DNA of 64,000 nt from Myxococcota bacterium (GTDB taxonomy: Bacteria; Myxococcota_A; SURF-8), in assembly GCA_965140415.1 (NCBI GenBank), contig OZ223209.1, positions 768,001 to 832,000 on the forward strand, read 5' to 3'. A program made the position numbers and the translations under genes. Below the pieces are notes generated by a model. The model worked only from the letters and a program-made list of their open reading frames with translations, did no database searches and was not told the origin of the DNA. Numbering within the stretch: position 1 is the first letter of the stretch; each line of letters opens with the position of its first letter. Below, piece by piece: positions 1 through 9,878 of this stretch.

Positions 1-358
1 CGGCAGTTGCGGACGTATCGCTCGGCTCTTCGATGCCGAATTGTTCCATCAGCATGTCGGCGATGCCGAACTTGCGCTGGCTGGCCATGATCTGGGAGTA
101 TTCGCTATCGAGCATCGACTGGTAAATCGTGCGCGAACTGCTGCTCGGATCGCCGAAAACGTCTGATTCTTCAACGGTTTTTCGCATCGAATCGAGCAGC
201 GACTTAATGAACATGGATTCGAACTTGACCGCTTCCTTGGTGAAGGCGGAATGATCGGAGCTATCCTCACCGGCGAGGCGCTGCAAACGCTCCGCCATCC
301 CACCGGCTTGCGCCGCCTGGGCTTGATCGAGGTGAACTTGTCCGATATCCTTAGTCAT
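1..358 (-). CDS. flgJ: Flagellar rod-binding protein FlgJ (3' part runs off the window)
   Basis: Not in the ORF track. Manual translation from ATG 358: MTKDIGQVHL...EAVKFESMFIKSLLDSMRKTV...IYQSMLDSEYSQIMASQRKFGIADML, a rod-binding domain pattern; directly downstream of flgI; AGGA RBS. Confidence 0.85.
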   Translation of the reverse strand, partial: MTKDIGQVHLDQAQAAQAGGMAERLQRLAGEDSSDHSAFTKEAVKFESMFIKSLLDSMRKTVEESDVFGDPSSSSRTIYQSMLDSEYSQIMASQRKFGIADMLMEQFGIEEPSDTSATA

Positions 359-379
359 TTCCTATGCTTCCAATTCAAG

Positions 380-1516
380 CTAAATGATTTCCAGTTCCGC
401 TTCCAAGGCTCCCGCCGCTTTGATGGCTTGCAGGATATTGATCAGGTCGCGCGGGGAAACTCCCATCGCGTTTAGAGCCATAACGACTTCGCCGATATTC
501 GTGCCGCCCTGCACCACCTGCAACTGGCCACCTTCTTCCACTGCGGAAATATTGCTTTCCGGTGTGACCACCGTTTCGCCGGTCGGCGAGAATGGTGCGG
601 GTTGAGATACGTTGAATGAGTTGAAAATATTGACTTTTAAGCTTCCGTGACTGATCGCGATAGTCGAAATGCGTACTTCCGAACCCATGACCACCGTGCC
701 TGTGCGCTCATTTAATACGACCTTGGCGCGTCGGTCGGTCTGTACGTTCAAGGTTTCGATCGAGGCGACCAGCTCCACCACCCGGCTGTTGTATTCCTCC
801 GGCACCTGCACGACTACCGCTCCGGCGTCGCGCGCTTTGGAATAGGAACCGTTTAAATAGGTGTTGATGGTGTCGGAAATGCGAATCGCGGTGGTGAAAT
901 CCTGAGTCAGCAGACTGAGCACCACCTGCTCGCGGTCGTTGAAATCAAAGGCGATTTCCCGTTCGATGCTCGCACCGTTGGGAATGCGGGCGACCGTTGG
1001 GTGATTCTTGGTTACCGAAGAGCCACCGCCGCCGCCGAAAGAATATCCGCCCAGCGACAACGGCCCTTGCGCCATGGAGTAGATTTCGCCGTCGGCACCG
1101 CGCATCGGAGTCAGTAACAAGGTGCCGCCGACCAGGCTTTTTGCATTACCGATGGAGGAAATCTGCACGTCGATCTGATTTCCGACGGCAGCGAAGGGCG
1201 GCAGAGTACCGGTGACCATGACCGCTGCGACGTTTTTCAGCTTGATATCTTTCGGATCGACACGCACGCCCATGCGGCTCAACATCGAAGCCAGCGATTG
1301 AATGGTGAACAGCACCTTCTGATCGTCGCCGGTTTGATTCAGGCCGACCACCAGGCCATAGCCGATCAACTGGTTGCTACGCACACCCTGTACGTGGGTG
1401 ATGTCCTTCAGCCGCGAGGCTTCCAGCGGCGCAGCACTGATCAACAGACCCAGAATCAATGCCAGTGGCAGTGCCTGTTTCAGTAAACCCTTGATTTTAT
1501 TTTGACATCCTGTCAT
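380..1516 (-). CDS. flgI: Flagellar P-ring protein
   Basis: RLKDI..QGVRSNQLIGYGLVVGL.TGD, SSIGNAKSLVGGTLLLTP, LQAIKAAGALEAEL; signal peptide. Confidence 0.97.
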   Translation of the reverse strand: MTGCQNKIKGLLKQALPLALILGLLISAAPLEASRLKDITHVQGVRSNQLIGYGLVVGLNQTGDDQKVLFTIQSLASMLSRMGVRVDPKDIKLKNVAAVMVTGTLPPFAAVGNQIDVQISSIGNAKSLVGGTLLLTPMRGADGEIYSMAQGPLSLGGYSFGGGGGSSVTKNHPTVARIPNGASIEREIAFDFNDREQVVLSLLTQDFTTAIRISDTINTYLNGSYSKARDAGAVVVQVPEEYNSRVVELVASIETLNVQTDRRAKVVLNERTGTVVMGSEVRISTIAISHGSLKVNIFNSFNVSQPAPFSPTGETVVTPESNISAVEEGGQLQVVQGGTNIGEVVMALNAMGVSPRDLINILQAIKAAGALEAELEII

Positions 1517-1530
1517 TTGCGTCTCATCCC

Positions 1531-2238
1531 TTAGAACGGCCAGATATAATCGAGGGCGCGGCTACCCCAGCCGGGCCGATTCTTTTCCGTCACGACGCCA
1601 CGCCCGGTGAATTCGATCTGGGCATCGGCGATCAGCGATGAACTGATGGAGTTATTCCGGTCGATGTCGTGCGGGCGAATGATGCCCGAGACATAGAAAT
1701 GCGCTTCTTCGTTATTCACCAGAATGACCCGGTGACCTTCGATGAACAGGTTGCCGTCGGGCAGTTCGGTGCGGATCTGAGCCGGAACGGTGGCGATGAC
1801 TTTTCCTGCGCGGCTGGTTTTACCACCGCCGTCGAAGTCGGACTTGAAGACCGAACCCAATAGATTCTTGCGGTCGAAGTTGGGATTCGCCTCTTCAAAG
1901 AGCTTCAAGGCACCCATCAGGTTGTCGATTTGCGCCGAGATCTGCGAATCTTTGCCCAACTGAGTCTGCGCGGATTGATTGGCGGTGCTGTTTTCTTCGA
2001 TGCGCACCACAACGATGTCGTTGATTTGACTGGCGCGCGGATCGGTGAACAGGCGATTGTACGAGTCGCGCTGGGACCAGATCGCACCATCGGCACGCAG
2101 GCGATACTCGGGCACCACCTGCTGATCGGGTCGATATTCACGACGCTTCTGCTCGTAGGGCGCGATATGGTTGACACAACCGCCTAAAAAGGCCGCGATC
2201 AACACCAACAATATGATTTTACTTGTATGTCTCATCAT
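1531..2238 (-). CDS. flgH: Flagellar L-ring lipoprotein
   Basis: Lipobox LGGC; LPDGNLFIEG..VNNE..SGIIRPHDI..N.ISS..IADA.I; position in flg operon. Confidence 0.95.
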   Translation of the reverse strand: MMRHTSKIILLVLIAAFLGGCVNHIAPYEQKRREYRPDQQVVPEYRLRADGAIWSQRDSYNRLFTDPRASQINDIVVVRIEENSTANQSAQTQLGKDSQISAQIDNLMGALKLFEEANPNFDRKNLLGSVFKSDFDGGGKTSRAGKVIATVPAQIRTELPDGNLFIEGHRVILVNNEEAHFYVSGIIRPHDIDRNNSISSSLIADAQIEFTGRGVVTEKNRPGWGSRALDYIWPF

Positions 2239-2253
2239 AACCGTACCATTCCG

Positions 2254-3276
2254 TTAAAATAAGACCTGAACTTCTTCCGGTCGCGTAACCCGACCGTAGA
2301 CCACTTTATCCGAAGAAACGTTGAGCACTTTGATTGTCTGATTCAGTTTACCGTCCTGTTGGGCGATGCCCTTGGCTTCCAGACGCATCGTGCTGGTTTC
2401 CACTACCAGACTCACCATGTCTCCGCGCTTGATCACTTCCGGCGCATCGACCAGGTTTTCCGTCAACAGCATGCCGGGCGTCAAAGGTGCAGTAGCCACC
2501 ATGCCGATGGCGCTCTCCGCTTTGAGCAGCACGGTACGCGGCGCGTTGGACAACTCGATTTCCTGAAGTTCGATGTCTGCCGGTCCGATCGGTTGGCCAC
2601 GCTCGACTTTGTTCACCACCCGCAGCGCATCGCCTTTGATGGCCACGTCGCCGCTGATGTAAAAGTCTTTGTATTTCTGCTTGTTTACGGTCACCGTCAC
2701 TTTGGCGGTTGCGCGACCACGGAAGGTTTCGGAAGGCATGAAGCCGATTTCAATTTCGCTTGGGCCACTGGGAATCAGCAAGTCCTGATTCAGGTTCAGG
2801 CTTTTGACTTCCACCCGATTCGAAGGCACTTTGGCCTGACGCAGCACGGCATCGGTGAACAGTTTCTTCAATTGCTCGACCTTGATGCGCCGCACATCGC
2901 GTCGTACGGAGACCTGCTGCGGAATTTTCCAGCTTCCTTCTTTGGCGTAGGCCAATAACATTTTCCGAATGAAACGTTCGTTGTAGATCTTGGTGTTGCC
3001 CGGTTGCGGGGAACGGGAGAGGTAAATGCGCTCGATGCGGCTGCGTTCCTGATCGCTGAAGCCATTGACTTCGGCGATGTGTTTGAGCAGCACGTGATCG
3101 CCATGCACCACGGCGGAATCGTGTACGACCACCGTTCCTTTGGGCGGTTGCTTCTGGGCCAGCTTGCCTGCGCTGTCGCCGGTGGGCAATGTGCTGGCCA
3201 ATGGAGCCGCCACTGCCGCCGCCTGCAACAGGCATAAGGTGACCAGGCTGATGAATAGCGATGAGAGTCGCATCAC
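2254..3276 (-). CDS. flgA: Flagellar P-ring formation chaperone
   Basis: Signal peptide; C-terminal SAF/ChapFlgA pattern VIKRGDMV..GIAQQDGKLNQTIKVLNVSSDKVV; lies between flgG and flgH. Confidence 0.9.
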   Translation of the reverse strand: MMRLSSLFISLVTLCLLQAAAVAAPLASTLPTGDSAGKLAQKQPPKGTVVVHDSAVVHGDHVLLKHIAEVNGFSDQERSRIERIYLSRSPQPGNTKIYNERFIRKMLLAYAKEGSWKIPQQVSVRRDVRRIKVEQLKKLFTDAVLRQAKVPSNRVEVKSLNLNQDLLIPSGPSEIEIGFMPSETFRGRATAKVTVTVNKQKYKDFYISGDVAIKGDALRVVNKVERGQPIGPADIELQEIELSNAPRTVLLKAESAIGMVATAPLTPGMLLTENLVDAPEVIKRGDMVSLVVETSTMRLEAKGIAQQDGKLNQTIKVLNVSSDKVVYGRVTRPEEVQVLF

Positions 3277-3290
3277 GAATCTCCTACGGG

Positions 3291-4076
3291 TTAACGCATC
3301 TGCGTGACGTTACGCAGCATCTGATCGGCGGTCTGGATGACCTTGGAGTTGATCTCGTAGGCGCGCTGCCCGGCGATCATCTCGATCATCTCTTCCACCA
3401 CTTTTACGTTCGATGTTTCTAAAAATCCCTGCGACAAGGTTCCCAGTCCTTCCTGTCCTGGGGTGGCGGTAAGCGCCTGCCCGCTGGCGGTGCTGGGACG
3501 ATAGTAGCCGCGACCGATGGCTTCCAGACCGGCTGCATTGACGAAGCTGGAAAGCTGAATGCTTCCAATCTCTTGAGAGTCGGTTTGTCCGGCCAGATTC
3601 ACGCTGACGGTGCCGTCTTCACCGATGGTGATGGCGGTGGCGTCTTCCGGAATCGTGATCGAGGGATCGAGCAGGTAGCCGTCGGTGGTGACCATCTGGC
3701 CCTGGCTGTCGGCCTTGAACGATCCGGCGCGGGTGTACAGCGTTTCACCGGTGGGGCTTTGCACGCTGAAGAATCCGTCGCCTTCAATGGCCAGATCCAG
3801 AGGATTGCTGGTGTTTTTGTATTCGCCCTGGCTGAAGATGCGCTGGGCGGAAACGGCGCGGGTTCCCTGACCGATCTGCAAACCGGTCGGCGTTTCGAAT
3901 CCTGCGGCTACCGAGGTTCCCGGCGCGCGGATGGTGCGGTACATCAGATCCTGGAAATCACCACGGGTTTTCTTGAAGCCGGTGGTGTTCACGTTGGCCA
4001 GGTTGTTGGCGATGATGTCGATCATGATCTGCTGGGCTTCCATACCCGTTGCGGCGGTGTTCAGTGCTCCGATCAT
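3291..4076 (-). CDS. flgG: Flagellar distal rod protein
   Basis: ALNTAATGMEAQQ..IANNLANVNTTGFKK, FQDLMY, LETSNVKVVEEM..QRAYEINSKVIQTADQML. Confidence 0.97.
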   Translation of the reverse strand: MIGALNTAATGMEAQQIMIDIIANNLANVNTTGFKKTRGDFQDLMYRTIRAPGTSVAAGFETPTGLQIGQGTRAVSAQRIFSQGEYKNTSNPLDLAIEGDGFFSVQSPTGETLYTRAGSFKADSQGQMVTTDGYLLDPSITIPEDATAITIGEDGTVSVNLAGQTDSQEIGSIQLSSFVNAAGLEAIGRGYYRPSTASGQALTATPGQEGLGTLSQGFLETSNVKVVEEMIEMIAGQRAYEINSKVIQTADQMLRNVTQMR

Positions 4077-4102
4077 GGTGAATCTCCTTTGTTAAAAAGT
4101 CC

Positions 4103-4888
4103 TTACCGGGATATCGCGCCGACATCCTGGATGGAACGTTGGTCCATATCCCGATAGGCCGTAACGGCGCGGTTCATGATCTCGAAGTGACGGTTCACCT
4201 GGATCATGCGGGTCATCTCTTTTACGGCATTGACGTTGGAGCTTTCTAAAAATCCCTGCCGGATGGCGTGCTCCACTTCCACCGGGGGATTATCTTGATT
4301 GTTGTAGCTGAACAGGCTCTGCCCGGCTTTCTGAATGTCCTTGGTGCTGGGCAGATCCATTACACCCAAGGTTGCGATGGTCTGCTCGCCTTGAGTGATC
4401 TGGCCGACTTCATCGATGCTGATCGGACCCTGATCGCTGACGGTGATCGGTGATCCGCCGTCATCGAGAATGCGTCCACCGGTGACGTGCAGTAAATCGC
4501 CATCTTCATTAATAAGCATGCGACCGTCACGCGTGTAATACGTTTCATCGTTTTGTTGGACCTGTAAAAAGCCGCGTCCTTGAATGGCGACATCCAATGC
4601 GTTGTTGGTTGGTTTGAGGTTTCCGTCTTGAAAATTGATATGCCGTCCCTTGACTTCCACATAGTTCTGATTGCGACGGGCCAGATTGGTTGCGGCGGAG
4701 GGGCGTTCCATTTCCAGGATTCCGCCTTCCTGCCCGGCCTGCATACTCTCTGCAATGTAATTGCCGAACTGTAACTCGTCGGCTTTGTATCCAACGGTGG
4801 AAACATTGGCCAGGTTGTTTGCGATGACGTCCAGATACTGGCTTTGAACCAGGGCTCCGTTTGCTGCGCTGTATATTCCGTTTCCCAT
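4103..4888 (-). CDS. flgF: Flagellar rod protein FlgF
   Basis: IANNLANVSTVGYK, LDVAIQGRGF, YTRDG, QGFLESSNVNAVKEM; first gene upstream of flgG. Confidence 0.88.
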   Translation of the reverse strand: MGNGIYSAANGALVQSQYLDVIANNLANVSTVGYKADELQFGNYIAESMQAGQEGGILEMERPSAATNLARRNQNYVEVKGRHINFQDGNLKPTNNALDVAIQGRGFLQVQQNDETYYTRDGRMLINEDGDLLHVTGGRILDDGGSPITVSDQGPISIDEVGQITQGEQTIATLGVMDLPSTKDIQKAGQSLFSYNNQDNPPVEVEHAIRQGFLESSNVNAVKEMTRMIQVNRHFEIMNRAVTAYRDMDQRSIQDVGAISR

Positions 4889-4948
4889 CTGGCACTCCTT
4901 TCAAACCGGACTGTCTCTGAAAACGGGACAATCCTCAACCTGAAGGAT

Positions 4949-4964
4949 TGCACAGGTTATGCCA
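4949..4964 (-). promoter_or_regulatory. Sigma-54 (-24/-12) promoter for the flgF operon
   Basis: Minus strand reads TGGCATAACCTGTGCA (GG-N10-GC), about 60 bp upstream of flgF. Confidence 0.7.
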
Positions 4965-5368
4965 ACTGTGTTTTATGTCGGGAGCCGTGGAAGCCTTGAC
5001 ACTTGAAACAGGGTGGACTGACATGCTAATCCTAGTAATATTAACTGGTTATGTGTGTTCTGGCGAAAATCGGTCAGACGAAGCACGGTAGACTGTCAGC
5101 TTGGGAAGCGTCAGGATCTCGTCGGCAGAAAAAAGGCAGGGCTGGGAATTTGGCTGTGGCACTCGGAAAAATCTGCCCAGTGAATGGTCGATCTTTCCGG
5201 GCGCAGATGCAACTATTTAAATAGCCGGAAGCATGCCGGTGTAGTTGGGTCTCTTGTCTAACTATTTAATATCACAAAGTATTTATAGTCGTCCATTGAC
5301 AAGGCTGGCGCAAAGAGAGTATGATTTGAGATGGTATCAACGCCCTGTAGGCTGGTAGCTTGTGGCTC

Positions 5369-5384
5369 TGGTACTGTTTTTGCA
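5369..5384 (+). promoter_or_regulatory. Sigma-54 promoter for fliJ
   Basis: TGGTACTGTTTTTGCA (GG-N10-GC with TTGCA), 65 bp upstream of the fliJ ATG. Confidence 0.75.
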
Positions 5385-5448
5385 CGCTTTTCTCCCCGTT
5401 CCGGCGGTTGGCGTCGGGAAGCTTGTTGACCGGCCATGAGGGCGTAGG

Positions 5449-5904
5449 ATGCGACGATTCAAATTCCGCTTCGAGCCGCTGTTGTTCAAACGCCAGACCC
5501 TGGTGGAACAGGCGCAACAGGAACTCGGCAAGCAGCGGCAGATTCTGGAGCAATACCAGCAGCAATTGCAGGACACCTTCGACGAATTGCGTCGCACGCG
5601 GCTGGATGCCAGCCAGGGACCGCTAACTCCGCACAAGCTACAGATCCACAACAATTATAGACGTCGCCTGGAAGACCTGGTGGATCAGTTCCGCAAGCAG
5701 GTGCGCGAACAGAGCAAGGTCGTCGACAATGCCAAGAAAAAGCTGTTGCAATTACATATGGACAAAGAAGTCGTGGAGCGTTTGAAAGAACGCGAGCGGG
5801 TGTCCTACTTAAAGGAAATGTCGCAGCAGGAAATGAAGCAACTTGACGAATTCGGCTCGATTCGCTTCAACGGAAAGAAAGCCGCCAGATCGGAAGGCAA
5901 CTGA
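5449..5904 (+). CDS. fliJ: Flagellar export protein FliJ
   Basis: MRRFKFRFEPLL start, coiled-coil body, EMKQLDE near the C-terminus, 151 aa. Confidence 0.88.
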   Translation: MRRFKFRFEPLLFKRQTLVEQAQQELGKQRQILEQYQQQLQDTFDELRRTRLDASQGPLTPHKLQIHNNYRRRLEDLVDQFRKQVREQSKVVDNAKKKLLQLHMDKEVVERLKERERVSYLKEMSQQEMKQLDEFGSIRFNGKKAARSEGN

Positions 5905-5968
5905 GCCTATCTTCTTTCTCGATTCAAGAAACCCCTATTGCTAAAATAGCATCCGACCTAGCCAACGT

Positions 5969-6052
5969 GTGGCATGGGTCAAGCGGAGTGAAACGAAGCT
6001 TGCCCATGTGGTCTCGAACACGGGCAAACCTGCGGTTTGGCCCGCGCCACCC
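5969..6052. repeat. REP-like palindromic doublet (family A, CATGGGC..GCCCATG / CACGGGC..GCCCGCGCCACCC)
   Basis: Shares CGAAGCTTGCCCATG, CACGGGCAA and GCCCGCGCCACCC with 38846-38914. Confidence 0.75.
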
Positions 6053-6064
6053 TGAAATCAACGA

Positions 6065-6097
6065 GTGTTTTTCGGCGGGCTTACGCTCCGCCGCTAC
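6065..6097. repeat. GTAG-type REP (family B), single arm
   Basis: Reverse complement of 6073-6097, GTAGCGGCGGAGCGTAAGCCCGCCG, matches 58206-58230 at 23/25 positions. Confidence 0.75.
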
Positions 6098-6134
6098 GGG
6101 ATTCTTGAAACCCTATTGCTAAATATTACCTGGC

Positions 6135-6830
6135 CTAACCAAGCACGGCCTGGATGGCGGTTATCCCCAAGGAGACTGCCATTCCAATCATCAGCATGCC
6201 CGCCAATAAATCCGAGAGGCGCCGGTAGCGCCGGGCCAAACTGGCCCCGCCCAATCCCACAAGCAGCAGGGCTGGCAGCGTGCCAAGCCCGAAGACGAAG
6301 ACGCCAAGCGCACCATTGATAATGCTGCCACTGGGTAAGGCGGCGGCAAAGGCGGCATAGCTCAAACCACAAGGCAGAAAGCCGAGCATCAGTCCGAAAC
6401 TGAAGGTGGAAAGTAGACCGGGAGCGCTGAAAAAACGACGCCGAATGTGTTTGAAGCCGGGGATGCGATCCGGTTGAGCTTTACTCAATAACGCCGGTTC
6501 CGGTAGAATGCCTAGGCGGGAGAGTCCGAATAGCAATAGAAACACGGCGGCGAAGAGCGACAGCAGGATTTGTGCACGTGCGATCCATTGCAGGGATGCA
6601 TCCGCCCCGGCGAGGATACGCACTCCCTGGCCCACGCCGCCAAGCAATCCGCCGATAATCGTGTAGGTGATAATCCGACCCGCATGGTATGCGCCATGCG
6701 CCCAGCGCGACGGCTGCCGGCCCGGTATCGCCAGTACCAGCGGTCCGCACATACCGATGCAATGTCCGCTACCCATGAATCCGAGTAGAAACAGCGAAGG
6801 CAGGCTCCATTCGGTTACACTGTTCAGCAC
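6135..6830 (-). CDS. TauE/SafE-like (DsbD_2 family) membrane protein with HCxxMC and LPCG motifs
   Basis: GSGHCIGMCGP, YHAGRIITY, GFLPCGLSY, FGLGTLP; multiple TM helices. Confidence 0.85.
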   Translation of the reverse strand: MLNSVTEWSLPSLFLLGFMGSGHCIGMCGPLVLAIPGRQPSRWAHGAYHAGRIITYTIIGGLLGGVGQGVRILAGADASLQWIARAQILLSLFAAVFLLLFGLSRLGILPEPALLSKAQPDRIPGFKHIRRRFFSAPGLLSTFSFGLMLGFLPCGLSYAAFAAALPSGSIINGALGVFVFGLGTLPALLLVGLGGASLARRYRRLSDLLAGMLMIGMAVSLGITAIQAVLG

Positions 6831-7065
6831 GACATCGATCCCTCTTTTGCTTTTTTGGCGTTTCCTTGCGATGTGATTGTCGTTCGTTTGTACTCCCTAC
6901 CCGGGAAATCGTCAAGGATTCGAGCGCCCAAATGAATGAGTGTTTATTGTAACCTATCCGAATCGCTTGACAAAGCCGAATAGATGAACTACCCAAAAAG
7001 GGTAGGGAAAAACTGGAAAATCCGGCGTACGTTTGTCAATGCGTCCAAAAGCAAAGGGGGAAAGC

Positions 7066-7695
7066 ATGCCCAAAGATCGTTTATGGTTCGTCGTGAAAAC
7101 ATCACTGATGAGTGTTCTGTCTCTGCTGCTCTGCTTCTCGCTTGCAATCGCGCAGCAGAAGACGGAAGAAACTTCCAAAGCGCCTTGCCCTCACAAGGCG
7201 TCTGCCGATGCGGCCAAGATTTCCAGCGCCAAGCTGGCTCCCGCTGAAAGCGGTGAGTTTCGCATCTCGGAAGAGGACCGCTGCCCGGTCTGCGCCATGG
7301 TGGTGGCCAAGCATCCCAAGCACGCGGCGGCGATGGTGTTGAAAGACGGTCGTGCCTTTTACTTTTGCGGCAACGGTTGCTTGATCCGCACCTGGCTGCA
7401 TCCGGAGATCTATCTCAATGAAAAAAAGGAGAACGTTTCCAAGCTGTGGGTGCAGGACTATTTCAGCGGCAAGCCGATCGACGCCAAGCTGGCGGTGTGG
7501 GTGGCCGGTTCCGACGTCGTTGGTCCGATGGGTCCGGCGCTTGTGGCGCTAAAAGACGATGCGGCGGCAGACACCTTTACCAAGCGCCACGGCGGCAAGC
7601 GGCGTTTCAAGCTGTCCGAGATGAACGATGAGTTGTTCAAAACCATCACCGGCAAAGATGCCGCCGTCCACAAAGCGCATAAGGCGGCCAAGTGA
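7066..7695 (+). CDS. NosL-family metal (copper) chaperone
   Basis: Signal peptide; CPVCAM.V, YFCGNGC, V.DY, V.GSDV.GPMG, F...HGG; start placed at ATG 7066 after GGGGG RBS. Confidence 0.85.
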   Translation: MPKDRLWFVVKTSLMSVLSLLLCFSLAIAQQKTEETSKAPCPHKASADAAKISSAKLAPAESGEFRISEEDRCPVCAMVVAKHPKHAAAMVLKDGRAFYFCGNGCLIRTWLHPEIYLNEKKENVSKLWVQDYFSGKPIDAKLAVWVAGSDVVGPMGPALVALKDDAAADTFTKRHGGKRRFKLSEMNDELFKTITGKDAAVHKAHKAAK

Positions 7696-8012
7696 AAGAT
7701 TCCGCATCGGCACATGACCGGCTGGATGACTCCCGCCTGTTGCTGCGGGTCTTGGGACTCTTGTGTGTAGCCGCGCTTGTAACGTTATTGGCTTTGCCTG
7801 GTTTCGTTTCGCCGTCAGCCAAGCAGACGCAGGCGCTTGGAGACTCGCTGGTGCAGCGGGCTGGGCTGCACTCGCTGGCTTTGTGGCCCGCCGGTCGGGA
7901 GATGCGTCACCCGGAACTGATGAATCCGGCGGTTCCGTTACGACAGCAACGATTTCCCACATTGCCGAACCCGGATAACGCGCGACTGTGGCAGGGGTGG
8001 ACATTGCCATGA
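7692..8012 (+). CDS. Hypothetical membrane-anchored protein
   Basis: Overlaps the upstream stop and the downstream start (coupled); one TM segment; GREMRHPE motif. Confidence 0.65.
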   Translation: MKDSASAHDRLDDSRLLLRVLGLLCVAALVTLLALPGFVSPSAKQTQALGDSLVQRAGLHSLALWPAGREMRHPELMNPAVPLRQQRFPTLPNPDNARLWQGWTLP

Positions 8013-9160
8013 GCAGAAATAAATCATTTCTGCTTCTATGGGCGGCGCGTGAACTGTTACGCCGACCGGGTGAGATGCTGCTTTTAATGGCCGTGTTGTT
8101 GGTCGCCGTTACGGTGCTGGCGGTGGCGCTGCTCTCCGTGCATGCGCTGGCCGATACGCAAAACGCCTGGTTGCAGCAAGCGCCAAGCTTGATCGTGCGC
8201 CGCATCGACAACGGCTGGCGACCCATGGCGCAAAAGGAAAGCGTTGCTGCGCTTGCAGCGGTTCCCGGTGTGACTCGCGCCGTGGCGCGTGTATGGGGAG
8301 TGGCTTCCGATCCTGCCGGAAAAGCGGTTACGGTGATCGGCTTGGATGAACAATCCGCGCGTATGTTGGGCGAGCCGTTTTCATTGCCGTCGCCGCAGCC
8401 GGGACAGGCTATCGCTGGCAGCGAATTGGCAAACTATGGACAGGGGAGCGGAATCACGCTTTCCGCCGTGACATCCATACCGGTCACGCTTTCCGCATTT
8501 TTACCCGCTTCCACTGCCGCACTGACGCGCGATTTCGTGCTGCTGCATCCAAAGGACGCCCGCCGCTTGTTGGGCTTGCAGGCGATGGAGGCCAGTGATA
8601 TCGCGGTGTGGGTGTATCACGATTCCGAGCAGGAGGCCATTCGGGCCGATCTGGCCGCTGCGCTTCCCTTCCCGGTTCGCGTGACCACGCGCATCGAAGC
8701 GGGAGACATCTTTTCCACACAGTTATTCCGGCGCGGCAGCTTGTTTGGCATATTGGCCTTACCGATGTTGTTGGCGCTGAGCTTCGTGGTGCTTGGCGTC
8801 GTGCAGCGTCGCCTGGCCGGTCGTTATGAGGCGGGGCTATACAAGACGCTGGGCTGGACGGACGGCGACTTGTTCCGCTTGTATCTGTATCGCGGCCTGC
8901 TACTGGGTGTTCCTGCGTTGCTGTTGGGTCTGGCCCTGGCGGCGTTTGTGGTGTTGGGACCGTTTGCCGATGCAGTGATACCCTGGTTATTCGGAACGGC
9001 TTCAGGCAGCGCGCCGCTTTCCTGTTCGCTAACGTCTGTGCTACTGGTGCTGGTTGAAAGCTCGGCTCTGGTTTTGACGCCGTTTCTTGCGGCCAGCGCC
9101 TGGCCCGGACTCCACGCCGCACTTGGCGATCCCATCGACTTGCTGGCCAGGGAGCAGTAG
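8009..9160 (+). CDS. ABC transporter permease (FtsX/LolE/MacB-like)
   Basis: N-terminal TM, large periplasmic loop, three C-terminal TMs with EAGLYKTLGW; ATGA overlap at 8009. Confidence 0.85.
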   Translation: MSRNKSFLLLWAARELLRRPGEMLLLMAVLLVAVTVLAVALLSVHALADTQNAWLQQAPSLIVRRIDNGWRPMAQKESVAALAAVPGVTRAVARVWGVASDPAGKAVTVIGLDEQSARMLGEPFSLPSPQPGQAIAGSELANYGQGSGITLSAVTSIPVTLSAFLPASTAALTRDFVLLHPKDARRLLGLQAMEASDIAVWVYHDSEQEAIRADLAAALPFPVRVTTRIEAGDIFSTQLFRRGSLFGILALPMLLALSFVVLGVVQRRLAGRYEAGLYKTLGWTDGDLFRLYLYRGLLLGVPALLLGLALAAFVVLGPFADAVIPWLFGTASGSAPLSCSLTSVLLVLVESSALVLTPFLAASAWPGLHAALGDPIDLLAREQ

Positions 9161-9161
9161 C

Positions 9162-9878
9162 ATGACGCAGGATATCCATTGCGATAACGTATCTTTATTC
9201 CGCAGCGGCCCGGATGGTGAACGAGCGCTCGTAAACGAGGTTTCCGCTCGGTTCCCGGCGGGATCGCTATGCTTGATTCAGGGGGCGGTCGGTGCGGGGA
9301 AAAGCAGCCTGCTGCATGTCTTGGCCGGTTTGCTCAGGCCGAGTTCCGGCGAGGTGCGCGTCGGTTCGGAAGCGATTTCGCGCTATACCGGTCCCCATCG
9401 CGATCTCTGGCGGCGAAAGGCGGGGATTGTTTTCCAGCAGCTTCACATGTTGGCCGATCTGAGCGTGCAGGAAAATCTACTGCTTCCATTGGTCGTGCGG
9501 GATGTGACGCTGACGCAAGCGCGGGAGCGGGTTGAAAAGCAATTGCAGGCACTGCAACTGGATGCGTTATCGGGGCAGCCGCTGCAATCACTTTCCGGTG
9601 GAGAACGACAGCGGGTAGCCGTGGCGCGCGCTTTAATCGCACAACCGGATTATGTATTCGCCGACGAGCCAAGCGCGCACCAGGACGATAGTGGCGCAGA
9701 ACTGGTATTACAGCAACTCGCCGCCGCACGCGAAAACGGGGCGACGGTGATCCTCGTTTCGCACGATGCACGCCTGCATGACTTCGACGGCATCGATTTC
9801 CGTTTCCAAATGAGAGAGGGCCGCTTGTTTTCCGAAAACGAGCCGGAAGCTTCTGCCGACACTGCGGAACCGTCATGA
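9162..9878 (+). CDS. ABC transporter ATP-binding protein (LolD-like)
   Basis: Walker A GAVGAGKS, signature LSGGERQRVAVARAL, ADEP, VSHD. Confidence 0.93.
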   Translation: MTQDIHCDNVSLFRSGPDGERALVNEVSARFPAGSLCLIQGAVGAGKSSLLHVLAGLLRPSSGEVRVGSEAISRYTGPHRDLWRRKAGIVFQQLHMLADLSVQENLLLPLVVRDVTLTQARERVEKQLQALQLDALSGQPLQSLSGGERQRVAVARALIAQPDYVFADEPSAHQDDSGAELVLQQLAAARENGATVILVSHDARLHDFDGIDFRFQMREGRLFSENEPEASADTAEPS

